Assembly (NCBI GenBank): GCA_031409655.1
Contig: JANNXQ010000187.1
Location: 71,515 to 135,514 of the forward strand
DNA: 64,000 nt
From: Chthoniobacteraceae bacterium
Lineage (GTDB): Bacteria; Verrucomicrobiota; Verrucomicrobiia; Chthoniobacterales; Chthoniobacteraceae
Reading direction: 5' to 3'
The notes under the pieces were generated by a model. That model did no database searches and was not told where the DNA came from. It saw only the letters and a program-made list of their open reading frames with translations. Below, in pieces: positions 35,250 through 45,600 of this stretch; the stretch's first letter is position 1; the number at the start of each line of letters is the position of its first letter. The position numbers were made by a program, and so were the translations under genes.

Positions 35250-38200
35250 ATGTTCATCGCTTCCATCGAAAAGACAGTGCTTGCCCTCGTGCGAGCCGCC
35301 GCCGCCCTCGCGGCGGTGTCCGCCGCGACCGGCCTCGCGGCGACCTCTACCTTGCTCTACACCGGAACCAATGGGCGGCTGACGTATGTCGCGGATGCAA
35401 GGGGGAACACGATCCCTGATTTCTCGTGGTGTGGGTATCGCGGCGGTGGCGCGGCGATCCCGGATGCGGTGGTGCGGCAGACGCTCTCGCCAGCGGCGAC
35501 CGGCGATGACCGCGCGCGCATCCAGACTGCGCTCAATAACGTGGGCGCTCTCGCACCGGATGCGAATGGGTTGCGCGGCGCGGTGTTGCTGAATGCAGGT
35601 GTGTATCGGATTGGCAGTGGATTGACATTGCCCTCCGGCACGGTGCTGCGCGGCGCGGGCCAGGACCCCGGCGGAACGCTGATCATCTTCACCGGCCCGG
35701 GTGGGACGATGGTCAGCATCGGCGCGAGCGGCAGTCCCGTGGCCAGCGTGGACACCGCATCGCGGCAGACTTTGCTCGACAGCTATGTGCCGGTCGGCGC
35801 GACGCGGCTCCGGGTTGCGAATCCATCGGCGTTTCAGCCGGGGAACACTGTCCTCGTCGAGCGGCCATGCAAGGCGAATTGGATCACTGCCATCGGCATG
35901 GACAATATCTCCCAGCGACCGGGCGATCCGAACTCCACGCAGCAGTGGTATGCAGGCAAGGTGGACCTTGCTTATGAACGCAAGGTGCTCGCGGTGGATG
36001 CGACGACGGTGACCTTGGATGCGCCGGTGGTGATGGCGATGGAAACGATCTATGGCGGCGGCACGCTGGTGAAGTTCACGGCGGCGGCGCGCGTGAGCGA
36101 GGCGGGCGTGGAGAAGCTGCGCCTCATGTCGCAATATCTCGTGGGCCTGGAGGACACCCAGGCCTCGCACGTGGGCTTCGGCATCGCGATCAATCTGGCG
36201 GAGAACTGCTGGGTGCGGCAGGTGACGGGCCGTTACTTCGGCGGTGGCACGGTGGCGATGTTGGACCCTTCCATCCGAATCACAGTGGAAGACTGCGCGA
36301 ACCTGGATCCCGTGTCGGAAATCACCGGCGGCCAGCGCTATTCCTTTTACATGAAAGGGCAGCAAGCGCTGGTGCAGCGCTGCTACTCACGCAAGGGCAG
36401 GCATGACTTCATCACCGGCACCTCGACCATGGGTCCGAATGCGTATGCGGACTGCTTTTCGGAAACGACCTACGCGGACTCCGGCCCGCACAGTGAATGG
36501 GCCACCGGCACCCTCTACGACAACATCAAGACCGACACTCTCGCGGTGCAGGATCGCGATTATCTCGGCTCGGGCCAGGGTTGGGCGGGCGCGAACCATC
36601 TGTTGTGGAATTGCGATGCGTCCATCATTTGCCAAACGCCCCCGACGGCGAGCAACTGGGCGCTGGGCTGCAAAGGCAAACGCGGAAATGAATTCGTGCC
36701 CCGGCCCGACGGCATCTTCGAATCCTGGGGCGTGCCCATCACGCCGCGCAGCATCTACATGAGCCAGCTCCAGGATCGGCTGGGTGCCGCGGCGGTCACG
36801 AATGTCACCACCGCCGCTCAACGTGCGGGTTCGATCATCACTGCGCTGAACACACGCTACGACGAGGTCACACCGCCCGTGGAGTGGCCGTGGATCAGCA
36901 GTTTCAGCGACCGCACGATCAATCAGGACACCCACACCGGTGCGATTACTTTCACCGTGGGCGATGCACAGACGGCGCCGGCTTCACTCACCCTCACTGG
37001 CACCTCGTCGCAGACCACGATCGTGCCGAATGCGAACATCGTATTCGGCACCAGCGGCGCCAACCGCACCGTCACCGTGACGCCCGCTCCCGGGCAAAGC
37101 GGCACCGTCACGATCACAATCAGCGTCAGCGATGGCGCACTGGTGGCCACCGATAGCTTCAACCTCACCGTGGCGAGCACCGTGATCGGCGTGCCCGGCA
37201 CGATGCTCGGGCTGACGAATGATGCGAACGTGCGTGAAGGCCTCGTCGTGGAGAACGCAGCCACCGGCACCACTATCATGGGCTCCAGCGGCAGTGACCC
37301 ATGGACGGACCGCTGCACGGTCTATGTCTTTCAATTGCCCAGTGCTGGCGCGGTGAACAATCCCTTCATCACCGCAGACTTTAGCTTTAACTATGTGTCC
37401 AAGAGCACGGCGCTGAAGAACAACGATCTCTACGGCCTCGGGCGCCGCGCGGCTGCCACCGTGCTCGGCTCCGATTACTATGGCAGGACGGCGGTGGATG
37501 ATCTCACGGATGCCACGGTCATCCAGGCCGGGATCCTCGTGGATGCCACACCCGAGGGCATCATCACCACCAGCGCTACCGGCGGCACCAGCCTGCGGAA
37601 CTATCTGAATGCACAGTATGCGGGCGGCGCAGGCGCCGGGCAGTATGTCTTCCTGCGAGTGAACACCGCCGCCGCGCCCACCAGTGTGAGCCGCGCCACG
37701 CTCACCATGGCCGAAAGCGGTGTCGTCGGTCCGCCGGACACGCGGCCGCAGATTGATTACTCCCTCGTTTCTCCCAGCGCGCCGCCCACGATCAGTAACG
37801 TCATCAACCAGACGACCGACGAAGACACCGCCACCGCGCCTATTCCATTCATCATTGGCGATCCGGATACGCCCGTGACGTCGCTCACGGTCACGGCGAC
37901 TTCCAGCGACACAACCCTCGTCCCGAATGCGAATATCGTCATTGCCGGCACGGACGCCAACCGCACCGTGACCATTACTCCGGCGCTGAACTGGAGCGGC
38001 ACGGCGACCATCACGCTGACCGTGAGTGACGGTGCGCTCTCCAGCGTGGATACGTTCAACGTGCTGGTGAATGAGGATACCGACGGCGATGGCTTGACCG
38101 ATGTGAAAGAAGTCCCCGCGGGGCGCGACCCCGGAAGCGCATCCGATCTCGGCTTCGAGTTCAATACGGATGGAAACTTTGAGCGCTGGGGCGCGTTCAC

Positions 38201-39341
38201 CCGCGTCACCGCACCCAGCGCGCTCGGCGGCGTTTTGAAAGGCACCATTTCCGCTGCCGATCCATTCTTCTCCCGCAATGGGTTTCTGTTTTCCGGCAAC
38301 AGCGCGGTGAACCTCATTGTGAAAATCAAATTCAGCGCCGCGGACTCGCTACAGCTCTTCTGGGGGCGGATCGGTTCGACAGGCTTCACGGCCGGCAAGT
38401 CGCTCACCTCGTCCACCTCGCCGGCCAATGTCTGGAAGGCGATCGTGTTCCCGGTCCGCTCCCACGCCGAATGGGCCGGGCAAACCATCACCAACCTCCG
38501 GCTCGATCCCGGGAACACGGCGGACATGTCTTTCGAGATCGACTGGGTCCGCGCCTCGGATGGCGACCTCGACGGCGACGGCATTCTCGACAGCAGCGAA
38601 GCCGTGGGAGACAGCGATGGAAACGGCCTGCTCGACATCGAGGATCCGAACAGCCCGCCCACGCTCAGCGCTCTCGCCGACCTGACCCTCAGCCCCGGGG
38701 CCGCGAGTGCTCCGCTGGCTTTTGCCGTCAGCGACCGGGAGACCGCCGCTACCGCGCTCATCACCACCGCCAGTTCGAGCAATCTCACCCTCGTTCCGCA
38801 GAGTGGCATCAGCATCAACGGCACCGGCGCGAATCGCACCGTCACCATCACGCCCGTCGCAAACAAGCTTGGCACCGCCTTGATTACGCTGAATGTGAAC
38901 GACGGTTACGCGACGGGCAGCACGACCTTCACCGTCAATGTCCTCGGCACCGCTCTGCAAACCTGGCGTTTTGCGAATTTCGGCACCACGGCAAATACCG
39001 GCACCGCCGCCGACCTGGCCGATTCCAATCGAGACGGGGAACTCAACCTCCTGGAATTTGCGACCGGACAAGACCCGAACGCCAACACCACGACGAAGAC
39101 ACCGCTCGTGCGCAATGGCGCAACGGTGGAGTTCAGCTACTCCCGCAGCCTAGCCGCGATGGCGGCAGGGATGACCTTTTCCGTCGAGTGGAGCGACACG
39201 CTCGCCAGCAACTCGTGGAGCAGCGCCGGAGTCACCGAGCAACTCATCGGCGACAACGGCACCGTGCAAACCGTGAAGGCCACGTGCCCGACGGGCACGA
39301 ATGGAAAGCGATTCGTCCGCCTGAAAGTGACCCAGCCATAG
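35250..39341 (+). CDS. secreted modular protein with pectate-lyase-like parallel beta-helix domain, Ig-like repeats, conserved C-terminal module
   Basis: IPDFSWCGYRGG, GDDRARIQTAL, GAVLLNAGVY, AENCWVRQV, GRHDF, SGPHSEWATGTLYDN, GWAGAN. Confidence 0.8.
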   Translation: MFIASIEKTVLALVRAAAALAAVSAATGLAATSTLLYTGTNGRLTYVADARGNTIPDFSWCGYRGGGAAIPDAVVRQTLSPAATGDDRARIQTALNNVGALAPDANGLRGAVLLNAGVYRIGSGLTLPSGTVLRGAGQDPGGTLIIFTGPGGTMVSIGASGSPVASVDTASRQTLLDSYVPVGATRLRVANPSAFQPGNTVLVERPCKANWITAIGMDNISQRPGDPNSTQQWYAGKVDLAYERKVLAVDATTVTLDAPVVMAMETIYGGGTLVKFTAAARVSEAGVEKLRLMSQYLVGLEDTQASHVGFGIAINLAENCWVRQVTGRYFGGGTVAMLDPSIRITVEDCANLDPVSEITGGQRYSFYMKGQQALVQRCYSRKGRHDFITGTSTMGPNAYADCFSETTYADSGPHSEWATGTLYDNIKTDTLAVQDRDYLGSGQGWAGANHLLWNCDASIICQTPPTASNWALGCKGKRGNEFVPRPDGIFESWGVPITPRSIYMSQLQDRLGAAAVTNVTTAAQRAGSIITALNTRYDEVTPPVEWPWISSFSDRTINQDTHTGAITFTVGDAQTAPASLTLTGTSSQTTIVPNANIVFGTSGANRTVTVTPAPGQSGTVTITISVSDGALVATDSFNLTVASTVIGVPGTMLGLTNDANVREGLVVENAATGTTIMGSSGSDPWTDRCTVYVFQLPSAGAVNNPFITADFSFNYVSKSTALKNNDLYGLGRRAAATVLGSDYYGRTAVDDLTDATVIQAGILVDATPEGIITTSATGGTSLRNYLNAQYAGGAGAGQYVFLRVNTAAAPTSVSRATLTMAESGVVGPPDTRPQIDYSLVSPSAPPTISNVINQTTDEDTATAPIPFIIGDPDTPVTSLTVTATSSDTTLVPNANIVIAGTDANRTVTITPALNWSGTATITLTVSDGALSSVDTFNVLVNEDTDGDGLTDVKEVPAGRDPGSASDLGFEFNTDGNFERWGAFTRVTAPSALGGVLKGTISAADPFFSRNGFLFSGNSAVNLIVKIKFSAADSLQLFWGRIGSTGFTAGKSLTSSTSPANVWKAIVFPVRSHAEWAGQTITNLRLDPGNTADMSFEIDWVRASDGDLDGDGILDSSEAVGDSDGNGLLDIEDPNSPPTLSALADLTLSPGAASAPLAFAVSDRETAATALITTASSSNLTLVPQSGISINGTGANRTVTITPVANKLGTALITLNVNDGYATGSTTFTVNVLGTALQTWRFANFGTTANTGTAADLADSNRDGELNLLEFATGQDPNANTTTKTPLVRNGATVEFSYSRSLAAMAAGMTFSVEWSDTLASNSWSSAGVTEQLIGDNGTVQTVKATCPTGTNGKRFVRLKVTQP

Positions 39342-39432
39342 AGAACGCCGAACTCAGGTCATCACGAGTCCGCGCCGAAGTTAGATCCCACCCATTTCTC
39401 CAAAACCAACAGCACCGATCCCATCACCCACC

Positions 39433-40083
39433 ATGTTTTCACTAACCAGAACCATTCTCTGCTCCATCTTCTGCACCACCCAACTGGCATCCGCCGACGA
39501 AGCAGCCAAACCGATTGTCCCGGCGCAGAGTTTTGCGCTATTCGACGGCAAGAGCCTTGATGGCTGGAGCGCGTTCGCGAAGGAGGGGGCGACGATGGAA
39601 CAGATCTGGTCGGTGAAGGACGGCGTGATTCATTGCGTCGGGAAGCCCGCTGGCTATCTGCGCACTGTGCAGACGTATGCTGACTATGTGCTCATGGTGG
39701 AGTGGCGCTTCATCAAACCGGGCAATACCGGCGTGATCGTTCATGGCGGCGGAGAGCCGAAAGTCTGGCCGTCCTGCGTGGAGTGCCAGGGCGCGCACGG
39801 CCGCCAGGGCGACTTCTATCTGTGGAGTGGAGTGCATGCCGATCAGCCATTGACCAAAGGCAAGACGGGGATCCCCGCGGCAACCCCCGGAGTGGAGAAA
39901 CCCATCGGCGAATGGAATACCTATCAAGTGCGCTGCGCGGGCGACAAGGTCGTGATCCTCGTCAATGGAACGGAGGTGAACAGCATCACCGGTCGCTCGA
40001 ACCAATCCGGCTGGATCGGCCTGCAAAGCGAAGGCGCGGAATTTGAAGTGCGCAAGGTGACGCTCGAACCCCTGGCAAAGTAA
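39433..40083 (+). CDS. DUF1080 (3-keto-glycoside hydrolase-like) protein
   Basis: LFDGKSLDGW, WSVKDGVI, EKPIGEWN, GWIGLQSEG. Confidence 0.9.
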   Translation: MFSLTRTILCSIFCTTQLASADEAAKPIVPAQSFALFDGKSLDGWSAFAKEGATMEQIWSVKDGVIHCVGKPAGYLRTVQTYADYVLMVEWRFIKPGNTGVIVHGGGEPKVWPSCVECQGAHGRQGDFYLWSGVHADQPLTKGKTGIPAATPGVEKPIGEWNTYQVRCAGDKVVILVNGTEVNSITGRSNQSGWIGLQSEGAEFEVRKVTLEPLAK

Positions 40084-40115
40084 TCCGATCCACTCCGCAA
40101 GAAAACGCCCATCTC

Positions 40116-40823
40116 ATGCTCAAAACGCTCACCATCGTAGCCACCATCGGGCTCGTCATTTTACCCACGATCTCCAACCCAATGCGCGCCGCCGATGAAG
40201 CAGCGTCGGAATGGGTGCCGCTTTTCAACGGGAAGAATCTCGATGGCTGGGAACGCCATAGCGGTGTGGCGGAATATAGCGTCGAAGACGGCGTGATTGT
40301 CGGACGCACGGTCAACAAGACGATCAACAGCTTTCTTTGCACCCAGAGGGAATATGGCGATTTCATTCTCGAGTTCGAATTCAAGGTTCCCACCGGCATG
40401 AATTGCGGCGTCCAGTTTCGTAGCCAGTTCTTCGCCGATGACACGAAGCTGACGATCAAAGAAAAGCAGAAGGTCATCCCTGCAGACCGCGTGCATGGCT
40501 ATCAATACGAGATCGATCCCTCGCCGCGCGCCTACACCGGGGGCATCTATGATGAAGCACGGCGCGGCTGGCTCTTCGACCTCAAGGAGAACGAGGCGGC
40601 CCGGAAAGCCTTCAAGCCCGGCGAGTGGAATCAGGCCCGCATCGAATGCCATGGCGATCATCTCCAGACTTGGATCAATGGCGTGCAAGCCGCCGACCTT
40701 ATGGATGGGATGACGCGCAAGGGGATCATCGGCCTCCAGGTGCATCGCATCAACGACAACGCCAAAGCAGGCCATGAAGTCCGGTGGCGGAACCTGCGGA
40801 TTAAGGAACTCGGGTCGCATTAG
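40116..40823 (+). CDS. DUF1080 (3-keto-glycoside hydrolase-like) protein
   Basis: LFNGKNLDGW, YGDFILEFEFK, NCGVQFRS, GYQYEID, GIIGLQVH, WRNLRIKEL. Confidence 0.9.
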   Translation: MLKTLTIVATIGLVILPTISNPMRAADEAASEWVPLFNGKNLDGWERHSGVAEYSVEDGVIVGRTVNKTINSFLCTQREYGDFILEFEFKVPTGMNCGVQFRSQFFADDTKLTIKEKQKVIPADRVHGYQYEIDPSPRAYTGGIYDEARRGWLFDLKENEAARKAFKPGEWNQARIECHGDHLQTWINGVQAADLMDGMTRKGIIGLQVHRINDNAKAGHEVRWRNLRIKELGSH

Positions 40824-40844
40824 TCCGCGGCTAGCCATCGCCTC

Positions 40845-42527
40845 ATGAAAACTACCTATCACCTTGCTGCTGCCCTTCTCTCCGCCAGCCTTGCTTTCGC
40901 TTCGGCCTCGGCAGCGGATTCGTTTCCAGTCACGATCACCGTCGATGTCGCGAGACCCATCGGCGGACTGAAACCGATCTGGCGCTTCTTCGGCGCGGAT
41001 GAACCCAACTATGCTTACATGAAGGACGGCGCGAAGCTCCTCGCAGAGCTGGGAGCACTGGCGCCAAAGCAGGTCTATTTCCGCGCCCATCATCTCTTCA
41101 CCAGTGGCGATGGAGCCTATGCACTGAAGTTCGGCTCCACCAGCGCCTACAAGGAGGATGCCAGCGGAGCCGCCGTGTATGACTGGACGATCAATGACCG
41201 CATCTTCGACTCCTACCTTACCCGCGGCGTGAAGCCATTTGTGCAGCTCGGATTCATGCCGGAAGCGCTTTCCACCCACCCGGAGGACTACCCGCGCAAC
41301 CCGCCCCGCGATAAAATGGTGAGCGTCAAGGCGGGTCAATCCTACCCACCGAAGGACTACGCAAAGTGGGGCGAGCTTTGTTACCAGTGGGCCAAACATT
41401 GCGTCGCACGCTACGGTCGCGCCGAGGTGGCAACGTGGTATTGGGAAGTGTGGAACGAGCCAAACATCCTTTACTGGCAGGGCACGCGGGAGGACTTCTT
41501 CAAGCTTCACGATTACGCGATCAATGGCGTGCGACGCGCCTTGCCCGAGGCTCGGGTCGGCGGCCCGCACACCGCCGGCGGCCCTGGCGGGACATTTCTC
41601 CAAGAGTTTCTCGAACACTGCGCGCGGGGGAAGAACTACGCGACCGGCGAGATCGGCACGCCCGTGGATTTCATTGCGTTTCACGCCAAGGGAGCACCCG
41701 AAGTGGTCGCCGGCCACGTCCGGATGGGCATGGCGTCTCAGCTCAAGGACATCGACGATGCGTTTGCCGTCATCGCGTCGTTTCCAGAATACCGCCGGAC
41801 CCCCGTCATCATCGGCGAGTGCGATCCGGAAGGTTGCGCCGCGTGCCGACGACCCCGGGATGCCTACCGCAATGGCACGATGTATTCGAGCTACACGGCC
41901 GCGAGCTCTCCCCGGATCGTCGAGCTCGCGGACCAGCGCGGGGTGAATCTCGAAGGCGCACTGACCTGGGCGTTCACGTTTGAGGATCAACCCCTTTTCG
42001 CTGGGTTCCGCCAGCTCGCGAGCGGCGGTCTCGACCTGCCCGTGCTCAACACCTTCCGCATGTTCGCGAGGATGAGCGGACAGCGGCTCGCGGTCACCAG
42101 CAGCACGGGCCACGATGCCGCGACCATTCTGGCCCGCAACGTCCGCGAACATCCCGACGTCTCCGCGCAGGCCAGCCTCGACGGCCGGAAACTCTCGATC
42201 CTCGTGTGGCACTATCACGACGACGATGTTCCTGGCCCGAATGCTCAAATCACGCTCACCATTCCCGGGCTCGCCAGCAGTGGCACGGCGAGGCTCACGC
42301 ACTACCGGATCGACGAGACCCACAGCAATACCTTCGCGCTCTGGAAGTCCCTCGGCTCCCCTCAACAACCCGATGCTGCGCAACGCGCCCAACTCGAACG
42401 CGCCGGTCAACTCGCTCAACTCACCGACGCTCCGGTCCCGGTGCCGGTTGAGAATGGCGTTGCGTCCTATCCGCTCCAGCTTCCCCGGCAGGCGGTATCG
42501 TTGATCGTTCTGGAGTGGGAAAAATGA
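40845..42527 (+). CDS. glycoside hydrolase family 39 (beta-xylosidase-like)
   Basis: FFGADEPNY, PFVQLGFMP, WEVWNEP (acid/base), IIGECDP (nucleophile). Confidence 0.9.
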   Translation: MKTTYHLAAALLSASLAFASASAADSFPVTITVDVARPIGGLKPIWRFFGADEPNYAYMKDGAKLLAELGALAPKQVYFRAHHLFTSGDGAYALKFGSTSAYKEDASGAAVYDWTINDRIFDSYLTRGVKPFVQLGFMPEALSTHPEDYPRNPPRDKMVSVKAGQSYPPKDYAKWGELCYQWAKHCVARYGRAEVATWYWEVWNEPNILYWQGTREDFFKLHDYAINGVRRALPEARVGGPHTAGGPGGTFLQEFLEHCARGKNYATGEIGTPVDFIAFHAKGAPEVVAGHVRMGMASQLKDIDDAFAVIASFPEYRRTPVIIGECDPEGCAACRRPRDAYRNGTMYSSYTAASSPRIVELADQRGVNLEGALTWAFTFEDQPLFAGFRQLASGGLDLPVLNTFRMFARMSGQRLAVTSSTGHDAATILARNVREHPDVSAQASLDGRKLSILVWHYHDDDVPGPNAQITLTIPGLASSGTARLTHYRIDETHSNTFALWKSLGSPQQPDAAQRAQLERAGQLAQLTDAPVPVPVENGVASYPLQLPRQAVSLIVLEWEK

Positions 42528-42553
42528 GGTTCTGCGACTTCTTTTCACGGTTA

Positions 42554-42594
42554 TGTAACGCTCCGCCTCACTCGCGTTACAGGGTGGATGAATG
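42554..42594 (+). promoter_or_regulatory. candidate ECF promoter of the cellulase gene
   Basis: TGTAAC-N15-CGTTAC then AGGGTGGATGAATG; same spacing and 12/14 downstream identity with the copy at 25931. Confidence 0.75.
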
Positions 42595-42685
42595 ACCGAC
42601 ATTTCAGCAACCTCGCTTAGACGCCCGCGTGGGCATTCGTGGCGGTGAAGCTTTCGCCACGATCCCTTTTCTGAAAACCCACTCC

Positions 42686-45600
42686 ATGAGCCCAATCAGC
42701 ATCCGCGCCTTCTCCGCAGGCTTCATCGCCGCGCTGGCATTTGCCATGACTGCTGCCGCGCAGACGGCGGTGCATTTGGACAATCCTTTTGTCGCCGCGA
42801 CCTTTTACCGCAACGTGGACTACGTCGCTGCGGTGAATGCGGCGGCGAATCTTCAAGGCGGCGCGGTGGGCCAACAGATGCGGCGCGTGGCGAACTTTCC
42901 CACCTTTGTCTGGCTGGATACCATCGCCGCGGTGAATGGCACGGGCTCGTATCCTCGTAGTCTGTCGGGACATCTCGACCAGGCACTGCTGCAAGGCGCG
43001 AATGCCATCGGCATCGTCATCTATAATCTGCCGAACCGCGATGGCTCGGCGCTGGCGTCGAATGGCGAGCTGCTCATCGCGCAGAATGGTCTCAATCGCT
43101 ACAAGACGGAATACATCGACGTGATCTACAGCATCATCAGCCAGGCGAAATACAGTGGCTTGCGCATCGTGATGGTCATCGAGCCGGACTCGCTGCCGAA
43201 TCTGATTACGAACCTGAGTTTCCCCAAGGTCGCGGAGGCCAACACAACCGGTGCGTATGTGCAGGGCGTGCAGTATGCCATCGGCACGCTGCGCTCGCTC
43301 ACCAATACCTACGCCTACATCGATGTGGCACACGCGGGATGGCTCGGCTGGCCAAACAACCTCACACCCTTTGCGAATCTGCTGAAGCAAGTCGGTGCGG
43401 GAATTCCCGGTGGCAACAGCAAGGTGGATGGCTTCATCAGCAACACGGCGAACTACAATGTCTTCGTCGAGCCTTACATGACCGCCAACCAGATGATCAG
43501 TGGCCAGCCCGTGCGCTCGACACCGATTTGGTATGACTGGAATGACCACATCGAGGAGCGGAGCTTTGCCCTGGCCCTGCGCACCGCTCTGACGAGTGGC
43601 ACCGATGCGTATCCGACCATCATCGGCTTGCTGCTCGACACCTCACGCAACGGCTGGGGCGGCACTGCCCGACCGACCGGTCCGAGCACCTCGACGGTGC
43701 GGAACACCTTTGTGCGGGCGACGACGCTCGACCGCCGCATCCACAAGGGAAACTGGGGCAACCAGAGCGGCGCGGGCATCGGCGCACGCCCGATGGCGAA
43801 TCCGTCTCCCAACTACGACGCCTTCGTCTGGGTGAAGCCGCCCGGCGAGTCCGATGGCTCCAGCTCGCTCATCCCCACCGGTCCCGAGAACCCCGATGGC
43901 AAAGGCTTCGACCGCATGTGCGATCCCACCTATCACGGCAACTCGCTCAACGGTAATCAGCTCACCGGAGCCTTGCCCAATGCGCCCGTCTCGGGGCGCT
44001 GGTTTCAGTCGCAGTTCGTGCAGTTGGTGCAGAATGCCTACCCGGCATTTACCGCCAGCACGGCGGTCTCATTTGCCATCACCAGCACCTGGGCCACGGG
44101 CTACAATGGTGAGATCACCGTGACCAATGATGGCGATACCGCAGTGAATGGCTGGACGCTGGAGTTCGACTTCACCGGCACGATCACGAACATCTGGAAT
44201 GGCACGATCACGAGCCACGTGGGCACGCATTACGTCATTCAAAACGTGAGCTACAATGCCAACATCCCGGCCGGAGCCAGTGTGGTCGTGGGCTTCAGCG
44301 CCGATCCCGCGAATCAGAGTCAGCCGCCGACGAATTACCTCTTCAATGGAGTGGCAGTGGGCGGAACCACCTCGAATCCCACTATCACCACGAGCACGCT
44401 CCCCGGCGGCAGTGTTGGCAGTGCGTATTCCCATACGCTCGCCGCCACAGGTGGCACCGGACCGTATGCGTGGTCCGTGAGCGCAGGAGCTTTGCCCAAT
44501 GGCATCACACTCAGCACGACGGGGGTGCTGAGCGGCAACCCCAACGGCACAGGCACCGCCAATTTCACCGCGCAGGTGATCGACAGTTCGTCGCCGGTGA
44601 GAACAGCCTCGAAGCTGCTCTCCCTCGCCGTGACGACTCCGCCGACCCTCTCGATCAACGACGTGACCGTGACGCTCACTGCCGCGAATGCAGGCTCAGG
44701 CTATCTTTCCACCAGCGGCAATCAGATCGTGGACTCGGCAGGCAATGCGGTGCGCATCACCGGCATCAATTGGTTCGGTTTCGAGACGAGCAACCGCGTG
44801 CTGCATGGACTGTGGGCACGCGGTTACAAATCAGCGCTCGATCAAATCAAGACGCTCGGTTTCAATACACTGCGCATCCCGTATTCCAACGCCATGCTGC
44901 GTGCGGGTGCCGCGACGAGCAGCATCAACTTCGCCCTCAATCCTGATCTGCAAGGACTCACACCGCTGCAATGCCTCGACAAAGTCATCGACTACTGCGG
45001 GCAGATCGGGCTGCGCATCTTCCTCGACCGCCACTCCGCCAATGCCGACGGCTACCTCAATGAAAACGTCTGGTTCATCAGCGGCGACGCCTACTACACC
45101 GAGCAGCGTTGGATCGATGACTGGGTGATGCTGGCGACTCGTTACGCAGGCAACCCCACCGTTATCGGAGCCGATCTTTTCAACGAACCCAAACGCACCG
45201 CCACCTGGGGCAACAGCGCACCGCTCACTGATTGGAATAGAGCCGCTGAGCGCTGTGGCAATGCTATCCAAGCCGTCAATCCCAACTGGCTCATCATCGT
45301 CGAAGGCGTCGAGCAGTTCGGCGGCCAATCGTATTGGTGGGGCGGCAACTTGATGGGCGTGGCGACTCTGCCCGTGACGCTGAATGTGCCGAACAAGCTC
45401 GTCTATTCCATCCACGACTATCCCGCGAGCGTCTCCGCACAGACTTGGTTCAGCGCAGGCAATTACCCGCAGAATCTCGGCGGCGTGTGGGACAGCTATT
45501 GGGGCTATATCTTCAAAAATAACACCGCTCCCATCATCGTCGGCGAGTTCGGTAGCAAGCTGCTCACCACCTCCGACCAGCAGTGGATGGACAAACTCAC

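Noticed and set aside
27380..44050. Diversity-generating retroelement or assembly duplication explaining the two GH6 copies
   Set aside because: No reverse transcriptase; differences are spread throughout, include many synonymous changes and are not adenine-specific.
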